From contig CAZAPO010000269.1 of the NCBI GenBank assembly GCA_964487005.1, forward strand, positions 5,612 through 69,611: DNA of 64,000 nt. The letters are read 5' to 3'. The notes beneath the pieces are model-generated. The model was not told the origin of the DNA. It was given only the letters and a program-made list of their open reading frames with translations, and ran no database searches. Of this stretch, positions 20,585 to 29,871 are shown piece after piece (within the stretch, counting starts at the first letter, position 1; every line of letters starts with the position of its first letter). A program made the translations under genes and the position numbers. This DNA is from an uncultured Flavobacteriaceae bacterium. Lineage in GTDB: Bacteria; Bacteroidota; Bacteroidia; Flavobacteriales; Flavobacteriaceae.

Positions 20585-21123
20585 TGGGAAAGCAATTAGA
20601 TAGTTTAACACCAAAGCTCATAGATTTTATTAAGCATCAAAAGCTTTTTTTTGTAGGAACTGCAAGAAGTAATGGGAGGGTTAATCTTTCGCCTAAAGGC
20701 ATGGACACACTTAAGGTGGTTCATCCAAATAAAGTGATTTGGCTCAATTTAACTGGGAGTGGAAATGAAACAGCAGCTCATTTGTTAGAAAATGACAGAA
20801 TGACTATAATGTTTTGTTCATTTGATGAAAAACCATTGATTCTTCGCCTTTATGGTGAGGCGAAAATATATCACACCAGAGATCATGAGTTTCACGAATA
20901 TGTTTCCTCATTTGGTAGTCCAACAGGTGCTCGTCAAATTATTGAATTAGACTTTGATTTAGTACAAACTTCTTGCGGATTTGGAGTACCAATAATGACA
21001 TTTGTAGAAGAGCGACCAACATTAAACAAATGGGCATCTAACAAAAATGAAGAGGAGTTAAAAGACTATTGGGAACAAAAAAACACCATTAGTCTAGATG
21101 GTCTCAAAACCAATATTATATAA
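20584..21123 (+). CDS. Pyridoxamine 5'-phosphate oxidase family protein
   Basis: FFVGTA, VNLSPKG, LTGSGNETAAH, VQTSCGFGVP. Confidence 0.85.
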   Translation: MGKQLDSLTPKLIDFIKHQKLFFVGTARSNGRVNLSPKGMDTLKVVHPNKVIWLNLTGSGNETAAHLLENDRMTIMFCSFDEKPLILRLYGEAKIYHTRDHEFHEYVSSFGSPTGARQIIELDFDLVQTSCGFGVPIMTFVEERPTLNKWASNKNEEELKDYWEQKNTISLDGLKTNII

Positions 21124-21152
21124 AAAAGTCTCAACTAAAGGTTGAGACTCTT
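21122..21152 (-). terminator. Terminator (probably bidirectional)
   Basis: AGTCTCAAC/GTTGAGACT stem with a U6 tract on the minus strand. Confidence 0.75.
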
Positions 21153-21157
21153 ACCGA

Positions 21158-21643
21158 CTAATCTTCTAATGGTGGAATTCTTAATACCTGACCTGGGTAT
21201 ATAAGATCAGGATCTTTTAACATTGGCTTATTAGCTTCAAAAATTTCTGGATACTTCATCGCATTACCGTAATATTCTTTAGCAATTTTTCCCAAAGTGT
21301 CACCACTAACCACCGTATAAAACTTGGTTTCTGGCTTGGTATTTACCACAGTCATCAAGTCATTTACCGTCGCAATTCCTTCTGAATTTCCCACAACTAA
21401 AACAACTTTCTCTCTTGTTGCTTTATCATGTGCCGCTCCAATAACAGTGGCCAAATCACCATTAATAGATATATTCAATCCATCAACTTTAAGCTGTAGG
21501 TCATTAATTGTTTCTTCTAATTTGGTAGCTGCCGCAGCTTCTGTTTTTGCCTTGGCTTCAGCAGATTCGGCCGCTCTCTCAGCTTCAGATTTTCCTCCAA
21601 AAATCTTAGCGCCTGCCGACTTAATAAATGCAAATAAACTCAT
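21158..21643 (-). CDS. BON-LysM protein (YgaU/Kbp-like)
   Basis: MSLFAFIKSAGAKIF N-terminus, BON domain, LysM YTVVSGDTL...IYPGQVLRIP. Confidence 0.88.
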   Translation of the reverse strand: MSLFAFIKSAGAKIFGGKSEAERAAESAEAKAKTEAAAATKLEETINDLQLKVDGLNISINGDLATVIGAAHDKATREKVVLVVGNSEGIATVNDLMTVVNTKPETKFYTVVSGDTLGKIAKEYYGNAMKYPEIFEANKPMLKDPDLIYPGQVLRIPPLED

Positions 21644-21716
21644 ATTACTTTTTTAAAGGTTAATGTTTAATAAATATCGTCAATTATTATGACACCAACT
21701 TTATTAAAACGTCACT

Positions 21717-21752
21717 AAAAAGAAACTGCTTAGAAGTATTTTCTAAGCAGTT
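21717..21752 (-). terminator. Rho-independent terminator
   Basis: 12-bp stem AACTGCTTAGAA/TTCTAAGCAGTT followed by a U-rich tract on the minus strand. Confidence 0.8.
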
Positions 21753-21794
21753 CAAAAAACTAAAATAACCAACCAAAAATTCTAGTTTAATCTA

Positions 21795-22736
21795 TTATTT
21801 CTGTGTTCTTGTGTTCTCTCTAGGGTTTTCCTTTTTATCTGATTTTTGTTTACGTTTCTTTTGCTCTGTAGACTTTGTAGTCTTTCCAGAAGTATCACTT
21901 GACCTCATAAACTGGATATAACCTCGCCCTTCAAATTCGTAAAACGTTCCAGACGTTGGGTGATATAACTCAATGAGTCCATCATTTATAACGTTCAATT
22001 CAAAATATTCATTGTCAAAGAAATCGTAATCTAATGTTAAATTTTTGAGGTAATCATTTCCTTGAATATCCTGTACTCCATAAACTCCAGTATAATCCCA
22101 ATAGATATTATTTACGTTTCCTATATTGATATCTTGTGAGCTTCTAAAAGTTGAATCATTCCCACCAGCCAAAAACTGTAAATAGTTTTCATTATCAAAT
22201 TCATTTAGTACTCCTTCTTCACTTGTAAATGTCTTTTCCCATGCTTCATATTCCTGCAAGAAATAATGAATATTGTCGTAAAAGACAAAGTCATAATCAA
22301 AATTACTTCTTTGATATCCGTGCAAGAAATAGGAAGTATCATTATTTGGGTTATACAATTCTATAGTATTACTATCAATTTGATACACATCAAAAGTTAC
22401 AAATCCGTCAATATCATGATCAATATCTAGGATCATATCATACGTATCATAAACTCCAACTGGAATCCCATAACCATTACCCTGGCTTCCTATACCTACC
22501 AAATTATTATTGGCATACAGTGTACCTCCTCTAAATGAAAGGGTAAAGGCAATTTGTAAAAACGGAGTTTCACCATATCCTAAGGTTTGATTAATATCAA
22601 CATACCACAATTCATGTGTGTTGAGTAATTGATTTAAGCTAATTCCTGGTTCATCATCTACAATAACTTCGGTATAGCATGATGTAAATAAGGTGGCCGC
22701 TAAGGCAAATACTGAGAGTAATTTTAGAGTTTTCAT
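21795..22736 (-). CDS. Uncharacterised lipoprotein
   Basis: Lipobox LFTSC; two similar acidic beta-rich halves; basic tail. Confidence 0.75.
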   Translation of the reverse strand: MKTLKLLSVFALAATLFTSCYTEVIVDDEPGISLNQLLNTHELWYVDINQTLGYGETPFLQIAFTLSFRGGTLYANNNLVGIGSQGNGYGIPVGVYDTYDMILDIDHDIDGFVTFDVYQIDSNTIELYNPNNDTSYFLHGYQRSNFDYDFVFYDNIHYFLQEYEAWEKTFTSEEGVLNEFDNENYLQFLAGGNDSTFRSSQDINIGNVNNIYWDYTGVYGVQDIQGNDYLKNLTLDYDFFDNEYFELNVINDGLIELYHPTSGTFYEFEGRGYIQFMRSSDTSGKTTKSTEQKKRKQKSDKKENPRENTRTQK

Positions 22737-22770
22737 TGCGTTTCCGTTTTTTGATTATAATTTCTTAGTT

Positions 22771-22786
22771 TCAAATTGCATGCCAA
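22771..22786 (-). promoter_or_regulatory. Putative sigma-54 (-24/-12) promoter
   Basis: TTGGCATG-CAAT-TTGA on the minus strand with correct spacing; -12 reads TTGA rather than TTGC. Confidence 0.55.
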
Positions 22787-22836
22787 AAATGTATTTTATT
22801 GATTTACAGGCTGTTATTAAACATTGTAATTTTATG

Positions 22837-22844
22837 TACTTTTG
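22837..22844 (+). promoter_or_regulatory. -7 element of gpsA
   Basis: TACTTTTG. Confidence 0.55.
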
Positions 22845-22866
22845 AACTCTTAAATTATTTTCCTGT

Positions 22867-23868
22867 ATGAATTCAGATTTAAAGTATGCGGTATTTGGTG
22901 GTGGAAGTTGGGCGACAGCCATAGTAAAAATGCTTTGTGAAAATCTTGATGAAGTTGGATGGTATATGCGAAGTGTTTATACCAAAGAGCATATTGAAAA
23001 GCACCAACATAACCCTAGTTACTTGAGTTCGGTTGAATTTAGATTAGATCAGTTAAAATTAAGTAACGATATAAACGAAACAGCTAGGTATGCCGACGTC
23101 TTAATTTTTGTAATCCCTTCTGCATTTATGCACGCTGAATTAGAGAAGTTAACCGTTGATATATCCAATAAAATTATAGTATCTGCCGTAAAAGGAATCA
23201 TTCCTGAATCGGGACTTTTAGTAGGTGAGCATTTTCATGATATCTATCAAATTCCCTTCGAAAATATTGGGGTAATTGCTGGCCCCTGTCATGCAGAAGA
23301 GGTGGCTCTAGAAAGACTTTCGTACCTAACTATATCTTGTGCAGATGCCGAAAAGGCAAAAGCAATTGCAAATGCCTTATCTAGTGATTATATAAGAACT
23401 AAAATAAGCGATGATATTATTGGCGTTGAGTATGCTGTTATGCTCAAGAATATTTATGCCATTGCTGCTGGTATTGCGCATGGGCTTGGGTATGGTGATA
23501 ATTTTCAAAGTGTTTTGATGAGTAATTCAATACGTGAAATGAAACGGTTTATTAAGAAGATGCATAAAATGAAAAGAAACATCAATAACTCAGCCTATTT
23601 AGGAGATTTGTTAGTTACTGGCTATTCTGTATTTTCAAGAAATAGAATGTTTGGAAATATGATTGGTAAGGGGTATACCGTAAAATCTGCTATGATGGAA
23701 ATGAACATGGTTGCCGAAGGATATTATGCAACTAAAAGTGCTTTTTTATTGAATAAGAAAAACTCAAAAAAAACGCGCCTGCCAATAATAAATGCAGTAT
23801 ACGATATTCTTTACGAACGTAAGAATGCCAAAAAAGTATTTAAGAAATTGACCGAACAATTAGATTAA
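22867..23868 (+). CDS. gpsA: NAD(P)H-dependent glycerol-3-phosphate dehydrogenase
   Basis: GGGSWATA, GPCHAEE, LKNIYAIAAG, GDLLVT.YS..SRN. Confidence 0.93.
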   Translation: MNSDLKYAVFGGGSWATAIVKMLCENLDEVGWYMRSVYTKEHIEKHQHNPSYLSSVEFRLDQLKLSNDINETARYADVLIFVIPSAFMHAELEKLTVDISNKIIVSAVKGIIPESGLLVGEHFHDIYQIPFENIGVIAGPCHAEEVALERLSYLTISCADAEKAKAIANALSSDYIRTKISDDIIGVEYAVMLKNIYAIAAGIAHGLGYGDNFQSVLMSNSIREMKRFIKKMHKMKRNINNSAYLGDLLVTGYSVFSRNRMFGNMIGKGYTVKSAMMEMNMVAEGYYATKSAFLLNKKNSKKTRLPIINAVYDILYERKNAKKVFKKLTEQLD

Positions 23869-23891
23869 ATTAGAAACCTAGCCCGCTACTT

Positions 23892-24344
23892 ATGAAACTA
23901 ACAAAATCATACTATTTTAAAATTATTTTAATCTCATTACTAAGTTTATTTTTTGCTTGTGACGCACCAGACACTTCTGTTTACTTAGGAAATCAAGTTC
24001 CAAAAAAGTATATGAAAGAAATTCGTGATCTTGGGCTTCTTGAAGAAAATGAAACCATAAAATACTTTTATTCTGATGCCCTTTTTGATATTAAAGAAGG
24101 GTTATATTTTGTTACCAATCTTAAATTAGTGGCGTATTGCAGTGAATGGGAAGAGCCAGAAACAATTGTTCCATTTAATGAAATTACCTTCTTAAATGTA
24201 GTCTATAATGAGTCCTTTTACGAAGACAGTTTTATTATGCTTGAAACTGAATATGGTTTAGAATTAGAATTTCCAGTATCTAGTGAAAAAGGAAGGGATA
24301 AAGATTTTTTTAATTATTTATTGAGCAAGTCTAAAACAAAATAA
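23892..24344 (+). CDS. Hypothetical lipoprotein
   Basis: Lipobox FFAC; 150 aa. Confidence 0.65.
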   Translation: MKLTKSYYFKIILISLLSLFFACDAPDTSVYLGNQVPKKYMKEIRDLGLLEENETIKYFYSDALFDIKEGLYFVTNLKLVAYCSEWEEPETIVPFNEITFLNVVYNESFYEDSFIMLETEYGLELEFPVSSEKGRDKDFFNYLLSKSKTK

Positions 24345-24351
24345 CTTTATG

Positions 24352-24747
24352 TTATTTCGCCAACACACCTTCTTTATTCATTAACGGAATTGGTTGTAAT
24401 GCCCCTGTATTAATAGAATTTTGCTCAAATAAATAGGTCTTGTCTAATAATTGATTGTTTTCAAAGAATGTCACCCTAAATTCGTTGTTTAGCATAAATA
24501 CATCTTCATGTACCAACTCAATCTTAGCATAACTTTTTGCTGGTAATATATCCAGCTTGTGACGCATTGTTGTGGTTGCTTTTTCTTGCGAATACCCTTT
24601 TGAAACAATTAATACGGTTTCAAGCGCAACTACTTTGCTATTAATTATATAGGCATTCCAATCCTTAGTTTTATAAATGTCATTATACTCTTGCACAATG
24701 GCAACATACACATCTTTAACTATTGGAATTTTTATGTCTTTTTTCAT
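24352..24747 (-). CDS. Hypothetical protein downstream of pheS
   Basis: MKKDIKIP...WNAYIIN; fills the gap and is co-oriented with pheS. Confidence 0.75.
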   Translation of the reverse strand: MKKDIKIPIVKDVYVAIVQEYNDIYKTKDWNAYIINSKVVALETVLIVSKGYSQEKATTTMRHKLDILPAKSYAKIELVHEDVFMLNNEFRVTFFENNQLLDKTYLFEQNSINTGALQPIPLMNKEGVLAK

Positions 24748-24774
24748 GATAATACAGTTATCCCATGAATACTA

Positions 24775-25794
24775 TTAAAGAGCCGATTTAAACTGCTCTA
24801 AAAAGCGAATATCATTCTCGCTCAATAACCGTATATCACTAATTTGATGCAGTAGCAAAGCTATGCGGTCTATGCCCATTCCAAAGGCAAACCCAGAAAA
24901 TTCTTTTGAATCAATACCGCAATTATCAAGTACATTTGGATCAACCATTCCACAGCCCATTATTTCTAACCACCCTGTTCCTTTCGTCATTTTATAATCG
25001 GTTTCAGTTTCTAGGCCCCAGTATACATCTACTTCTGCACTTGGTTCGGTAAATGGAAAGTATGAAGGGCGTAATCTAATTTTTGATTTACCAAACATCT
25101 CGGTTGTGAAGTATTGCAAGGTTTGTTTTAGGTCAGCAAAACTTACATTTTTATCAATGTATAATCCTTCTACTTGATGGAAAAAACAATGAGAACGTGC
25201 CGAGATGGCTTCATTTCTGTAAACCCTACCAGGTGAAATCGTTCTAATTGGTGGTTTATTGTTTTCCATATAACGTACTTGCACAGAGGACGTATGTGTT
25301 CGCAACAAAATATCTGGATCTGTTTGAATAAAAAATGTATCCTGCATATCACGTGCTGGGTGATACTCTGGAAGGTTTAATGCGGTAAAATTATGCCAAT
25401 CGTCTTCAATTTCTGGCCCCTCACTTACATTAAATCCTATTCTTGAAAATATATCTATAATTTGATTCTTCACTAGTGAGATTGGGTGACGTGCTCCAAT
25501 TTTTATTGGCTCTCCTGGCCTAGAAAAATCTTCTAAATTTCCAACTTCATCATCATTACCTTCTAACTCTTCTTTTAAGGTGTTGACCTTTGCTTGAGCT
25601 GTGTTTTTAAGCTGGTTTATCGTTTGTCCGAATTCTCGTTTTTGCTCATTGGCAACATTCTTTAACTCGGCATAAAATTCATTAAGCAATCCTTTTTTAC
25701 CTAAGAATTTAATACGAAATGCTTCTACTTCCTCCTTAGTCTGGGCAGTAAACGCTTCAGCTTCTTCTATTAAGTCTTTTATCTTATCAATCAT
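24775..25794 (-). CDS. pheS: Phenylalanine-tRNA ligase alpha subunit
   Basis: HPARDMQDTF, LRTHTS, YFPFTEPS, GFAFGMG. Confidence 0.97.
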   Translation of the reverse strand: MIDKIKDLIEEAEAFTAQTKEEVEAFRIKFLGKKGLLNEFYAELKNVANEQKREFGQTINQLKNTAQAKVNTLKEELEGNDDEVGNLEDFSRPGEPIKIGARHPISLVKNQIIDIFSRIGFNVSEGPEIEDDWHNFTALNLPEYHPARDMQDTFFIQTDPDILLRTHTSSVQVRYMENNKPPIRTISPGRVYRNEAISARSHCFFHQVEGLYIDKNVSFADLKQTLQYFTTEMFGKSKIRLRPSYFPFTEPSAEVDVYWGLETETDYKMTKGTGWLEIMGCGMVDPNVLDNCGIDSKEFSGFAFGMGIDRIALLLHQISDIRLLSENDIRFLEQFKSAL

Positions 25795-25832
25795 GATATC
25801 ATTTCAAAAATGAATGCAAATTTAACAATTCT

Positions 25833-26189
25833 TTATTGTATAAATTCTGTTTCAAGAAAATAGTTAACAATGGCTTCTTTCATAAGTACACTTTGCTCTC
25901 CAGCCTTTAAATGTGGTAAGCTTTCTTTTGTCTTGTAATGAGGCCATCCTTGATCGTCAACAAAATCAAGTTCATAATACCCATATGGTACCAAAAGCTT
26001 ACATATTGCTATATGCATTAAGTTTACTTTATCGTCTTTTTTGAAGTTTCTATGTAATTGGCCCAATTCCTGAACTCCAATAAGGTAAATAATAGCATCA
26101 AGCTCTAAGATATCGCCATCTGCAAACTGATCAGACAGTTTTTTTACCACCTCCTCCCATCGTTGTTTTAGTAACTCGTCTCTAGACAT
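25833..26189 (-). CDS. Hypothetical protein
   Basis: YLIGVQELG...DKVNLMHIAIC.LL.PYGYY; own -7 element TAACTTTG at 26209-26216. Confidence 0.75.
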   Translation of the reverse strand: MSRDELLKQRWEEVVKKLSDQFADGDILELDAIIYLIGVQELGQLHRNFKKDDKVNLMHIAICKLLVPYGYYELDFVDDQGWPHYKTKESLPHLKAGEQSVLMKEAIVNYFLETEFIQ

Positions 26190-26352
26190 ATTGCATTTAA
26201 ATAGGTGGCAAAGTTAGTGACTTACAAAATACTACAGAAACATTGACGTTATTAATACATGACCTCGTTTATTTTGAAGGTTACTAAAATAAACTGTAGG
26301 TTTGTTGCTAACCATAAAAACGAAACTCAATAATCTGTGAAATTTTAATTAA

Positions 26353-26877
26353 ATGAACATTTTAGATATCTTTTTAGGTGCCCTAATTCTCTTTGGTTTA
26401 ATACGAGGTTTATCTAAAGGGCTCTTTGTTGAAGTAGCTTCCTTAGTAGCCTTAGTAGCTGGTGTTTTTGGTGCTATTCATTTTAGTGATTTTGCCGCTG
26501 GTTTTCTTGAAAGCAAAGTTGATTGGAGTGAAGAATACATTAACATTGTTGCGTTTGCAATTACATTTATTGCTATCGTGGTGGTGATTGCTATGGCTGG
26601 TAAGGCATTGACTAAACTTGCCGACTTTGCCGCTCTAGGCATGCTTAATAAATTGTTAGGTGGAATTTTTGGTGCATTAAAGATTGGACTCATATTGAGT
26701 ATTGCCTTGATGATTTTTAGTTCAGCCAATAAAGCTATTCCTTTTTTAGATGAAGAGGATATTGAAAACTCTGTACTTTATGAACCTGTAAGGTCGATTG
26801 CTCCAATTATTTTTACAAAGATTATTAAAGATGACGAGGTTGAAACTGAAGAAACCGCAAGTTCCGATACCATATAA
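26353..26877 (+). CDS. cvpA: CvpA (colicin V production) family protein
   Basis: MNILD...G..KG..VE; 4 TM helices; NKLLGGIFG. Confidence 0.85.
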   Translation: MNILDIFLGALILFGLIRGLSKGLFVEVASLVALVAGVFGAIHFSDFAAGFLESKVDWSEEYINIVAFAITFIAIVVVIAMAGKALTKLADFAALGMLNKLLGGIFGALKIGLILSIALMIFSSANKAIPFLDEEDIENSVLYEPVRSIAPIIFTKIIKDDEVETEETASSDTI

Positions 26878-26904
26878 AAAAAGCCGCTTAATAGCGGCTT
26901 TTTT
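26876..26904. terminator. Bidirectional terminator (cvpA / carbonic anhydrase)
   Basis: A7-GCCGCT-taat-AGCGGC-T6. Confidence 0.88.
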
Positions 26905-26923
26905 ATTGGCATTTATGTTGTGC

Positions 26924-27559
26924 TTAAAGCATTTCAACTTTTCCTGAAGAAAGCATGTAAACCCCTCCTGCAATGGCAATTTCGCCATTATCTTCCATTT
27001 CTTTTAATATTGGGCTCTTCTCACGAATTCTCTCCATAGTTAGTTTTACATTGTTTTCAACTGTTTTAGCAACAAAACTACTGTTGGATGAATTGGCTTC
27101 ACCATCAACTTCTTCAGCAGATTGCTTTACTGCTGGATGAATGTTTGATAGCAAGGAAGTAATATTACCTAACTCTACTCCATCACATGCCGCTTTCACA
27201 GCTCCGCATGCTTCATGTCCTAAAACTAATACTAACTTACTTCCTGCCACTTTACAAGAATACTCCATACTTCCCAATATATCTGTATTTTCAAAGTTTC
27301 CTGCCACTCTAGCTACAAAAACATCACCAATCGCTTGGTCTAATACTGTTTCTACAGGAACTCTAGAGTCTATACAACTTAAAATCACTGCTTTTGGAAA
27401 CTGACCTCCAACAGTTTGAGATACAAGCGCAGAATTATCAACGGTATTTGTTTCATTATTAATAAATCTGTTGTTTCCATCTAATAGATCTTGCAACACT
27501 CCTTCTGGAGATAGTGCATCTTGAGCTACTTTATTTAATGCATTATTTATGTGTGCCAT
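26924..27559 (-). CDS. Beta-class carbonic anhydrase
   Basis: SCIDSRV and GHEACGAV zinc ligands. Confidence 0.93.
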   Translation of the reverse strand: MAHINNALNKVAQDALSPEGVLQDLLDGNNRFINNETNTVDNSALVSQTVGGQFPKAVILSCIDSRVPVETVLDQAIGDVFVARVAGNFENTDILGSMEYSCKVAGSKLVLVLGHEACGAVKAACDGVELGNITSLLSNIHPAVKQSAEEVDGEANSSNSSFVAKTVENNVKLTMERIREKSPILKEMEDNGEIAIAGGVYMLSSGKVEML

Positions 27560-27575
27560 TTTCTTGTTTTTTTAT

Positions 27576-29444
27576 TTAATATTTATCTTTTACATTTTCT
27601 TTTATCCAAACCACACAGTCGTCAAACGATTCAAAAATGTGTGTTTCTGGAATGAAATCTGGAATAATATCGATTCGTTCCATCATATATCGCGGTTGCC
27701 TCAATAGCCCTACAAACAATACCTCAACATCATTTTTCTGTAAATCTTGAAGCATGTCTTCCATAGCATAGAGACCAGATTGATCCATATATTGCATACG
27801 ATCTAGTCTCATCACCACATGTGAGGCAGTACTAGGTATTTGCAAGGCTAAAGCCTGAAAATCACTAGTTGAACCAAAGAACAGTGGTCCCTTTATATGC
27901 TTAATGAACACCTCTTCTTTAAGGCTTGTAGGGAAATCTATTTCGTCTTTCCAAGACTCTTCTTTAAGCGGTTTTACATCAGATCGCTCTGCGGTTAAAT
28001 CTCCTATTTTCTTCATAAACATAAGTGATGCAATCACTAATCCAATACCTACAGCATAAACAAGATCCCATAATGATGACAAGATTAATACTGTCAACAT
28101 TATTACTACCTCCATGCTAAATTTAATTGGTCCAATTTTTACGTCTTTTGGTAAGGCCGGAATCGCACGAAGTCCTTTATAATCCATTACACCAATACCT
28201 ACCGTAATTAATATTCCTGCAAGCACTGCTGCTGGAATTTGAGATGCTAAGTTAGGAAGCCCCGGAAGCATTAATATACTGAATAACAATAATCCAGCAA
28301 TCATACCCGAAAGTCTTGTTTTACCTCCAGAATTAATATTAACTACTGTTCTAATTGTAGCTCCTGCTCCTGGTATACCTCCAAAAACTGCCGCAATACT
28401 ATTTCCAATACCTTGTCCTACTAATTCTTTATTAGGTTTGTGTTTGGTTTTGGTCATGTTATCGGCAACAATACTAGTTAAGAGAGAGTCAATAGCACCT
28501 AATAGCGCTAGGGCTAAGGCAGTAAATATGTAAGGTGTTATTGCCTTTAATTCAAATCCTGTAATAATTTCTAAATTAGGAATTGGTAACCCTTCAGGAA
28601 TTTCAGGAATTGGTCGATAATCTAATTTCGCTAACATGGCAATGGCCGACATGACCACCAAAGCTACTAGCGTACTCGGAATTTTTTTGGTCACTCGTTT
28701 AAATCCATATATAATAAATATGGTTCCGAGCGCTAAGAGAAATTCGAGCCAATTAATATTCTTTAAAGCTCTCCCCATGACTTTTAAAGATCCAAGAACT
28801 CCTGATGCATTCTTTGCAGCAAGTGTTTGTGATTCCTTTAAAATATCGGCTTCCGTAACTTGATCTGCTCTGGTAATTGTTTCTCTAAAATCTTCCAGTA
28901 CCAAAATTCCTTCTTTTGCTTCATCGGCAATGATATTTTCTAAAATAACATCTTCTGCCTGAACTTTAAACTGTTCCACAAACTCTGCATCTTCTTTTGG
29001 GTAGTATCCTACTGCTGGTAAAATTTGCGTCACAATTATAATTACACCAATGGCGGTCATAAATCCAGAAACCACCGGATAAGGAATATACCTAATGTAC
29101 TGCCCAAGACCAATTGCTCCTAAACCAATTTGCATAAGTCCAGCCAAAAGGAAAACCGTTAAAATTGCCGGTAAAGCTTGATTTACATCTCCATCATTAG
29201 TTGCAATTATACCTGCAATAATTACCATACTTACAGCCGTCATTGGTGCAGTTGGCCCAGAAATTTGCGTATTGGTTCCTCCAAAAAGTGCGGCAAAAAA
29301 ACTAATGAATATCGCACCGTATAATCCTGCGCTAGGTCCTAATCCCGACGAAACTCCAAAGGCTAGTGCTAATGGTAGTGCAACAATTCCTGCGGTAATA
29401 CCTCCAAAGGCATCACCTCTTATATTTGAAAATAAATTTTTCAT
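27576..29444 (-). CDS. SulP/SLC26 anion (probably bicarbonate) transporter with STAS domain
   Basis: GITAGIVALPLALAF, QISGPT, ELVGQGIGN, GATIRT; STAS GPLFFG, MDQSG. Confidence 0.93.
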   Translation of the reverse strand: MKNLFSNIRGDAFGGITAGIVALPLALAFGVSSGLGPSAGLYGAIFISFFAALFGGTNTQISGPTAPMTAVSMVIIAGIIATNDGDVNQALPAILTVFLLAGLMQIGLGAIGLGQYIRYIPYPVVSGFMTAIGVIIIVTQILPAVGYYPKEDAEFVEQFKVQAEDVILENIIADEAKEGILVLEDFRETITRADQVTEADILKESQTLAAKNASGVLGSLKVMGRALKNINWLEFLLALGTIFIIYGFKRVTKKIPSTLVALVVMSAIAMLAKLDYRPIPEIPEGLPIPNLEIITGFELKAITPYIFTALALALLGAIDSLLTSIVADNMTKTKHKPNKELVGQGIGNSIAAVFGGIPGAGATIRTVVNINSGGKTRLSGMIAGLLLFSILMLPGLPNLASQIPAAVLAGILITVGIGVMDYKGLRAIPALPKDVKIGPIKFSMEVVIMLTVLILSSLWDLVYAVGIGLVIASLMFMKKIGDLTAERSDVKPLKEESWKDEIDFPTSLKEEVFIKHIKGPLFFGSTSDFQALALQIPSTASHVVMRLDRMQYMDQSGLYAMEDMLQDLQKNDVEVLFVGLLRQPRYMMERIDIIPDFIPETHIFESFDDCVVWIKENVKDKY

Positions 29445-29454
29445 GTTTAAACAT

Positions 29455-29514
29455 TGTATAGATTATTAATTTAAAGGTGAAAGACTTCGCTTTCATTGGT
29501 AATAAATCTACACA
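29455..29514 (-). promoter_or_regulatory. Long mRNA hairpin linking the leader stop codon to the sulP initiation region
   Basis: Minus-strand UGUGUAGAUUUAUUA (29514-29500) pairs with UAAUAAUCUAUACA (29468-29455): 14 bp, one G-U, one bulge. Inner stem UGAAAG/CUUUCA. Confidence 0.6.
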
Positions 29515-29810
29515 TATTCGGGAGGGGGAGAAATATTCTCTGAGTGTAATTCTTTAAAAGTATTTAAGTGAAACCCACTAATACTTTGAATCTCTAAAAG
29601 TGATTTTGAATTAACACCCTGATCATTGACAAAGTATTTTAATTCTAATATTTCTTTTGATTCTTTCTCCTCTTTTTCTGTATCATCATCACCAACCTCA
29701 AGAATAAGTGCAAACTCACAATTCTTATCAACGAGTTGCACAACCGAAGGAGTAGCTATTGCTAGCACCAATATCAATGAGATAAAAAGATGAGCTGTTT
29801 TAGTTGGCAT
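29508..29810 (-). CDS. 100-aa leader protein with N-terminal TM/signal, acidic segment and C-terminal PPP
   Basis: Start reassigned to ATG 29810, with TATATTTG at 29829-29836 just upstream. MPTKTAHLFISLILVLAIA...GDDDTEKEEKE...ENISPPPEYV*. Confidence 0.7.
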   Translation of the reverse strand: MPTKTAHLFISLILVLAIATPSVVQLVDKNCEFALILEVGDDDTEKEEKESKEILELKYFVNDQGVNSKSLLEIQSISGFHLNTFKELHSENISPPPEYV

Positions 29811-29871
29811 TTTTAGATCGGTAAGAAACAAATATACCATTTTTTGGAAGAAAAAATATGTTAAATAAGGC

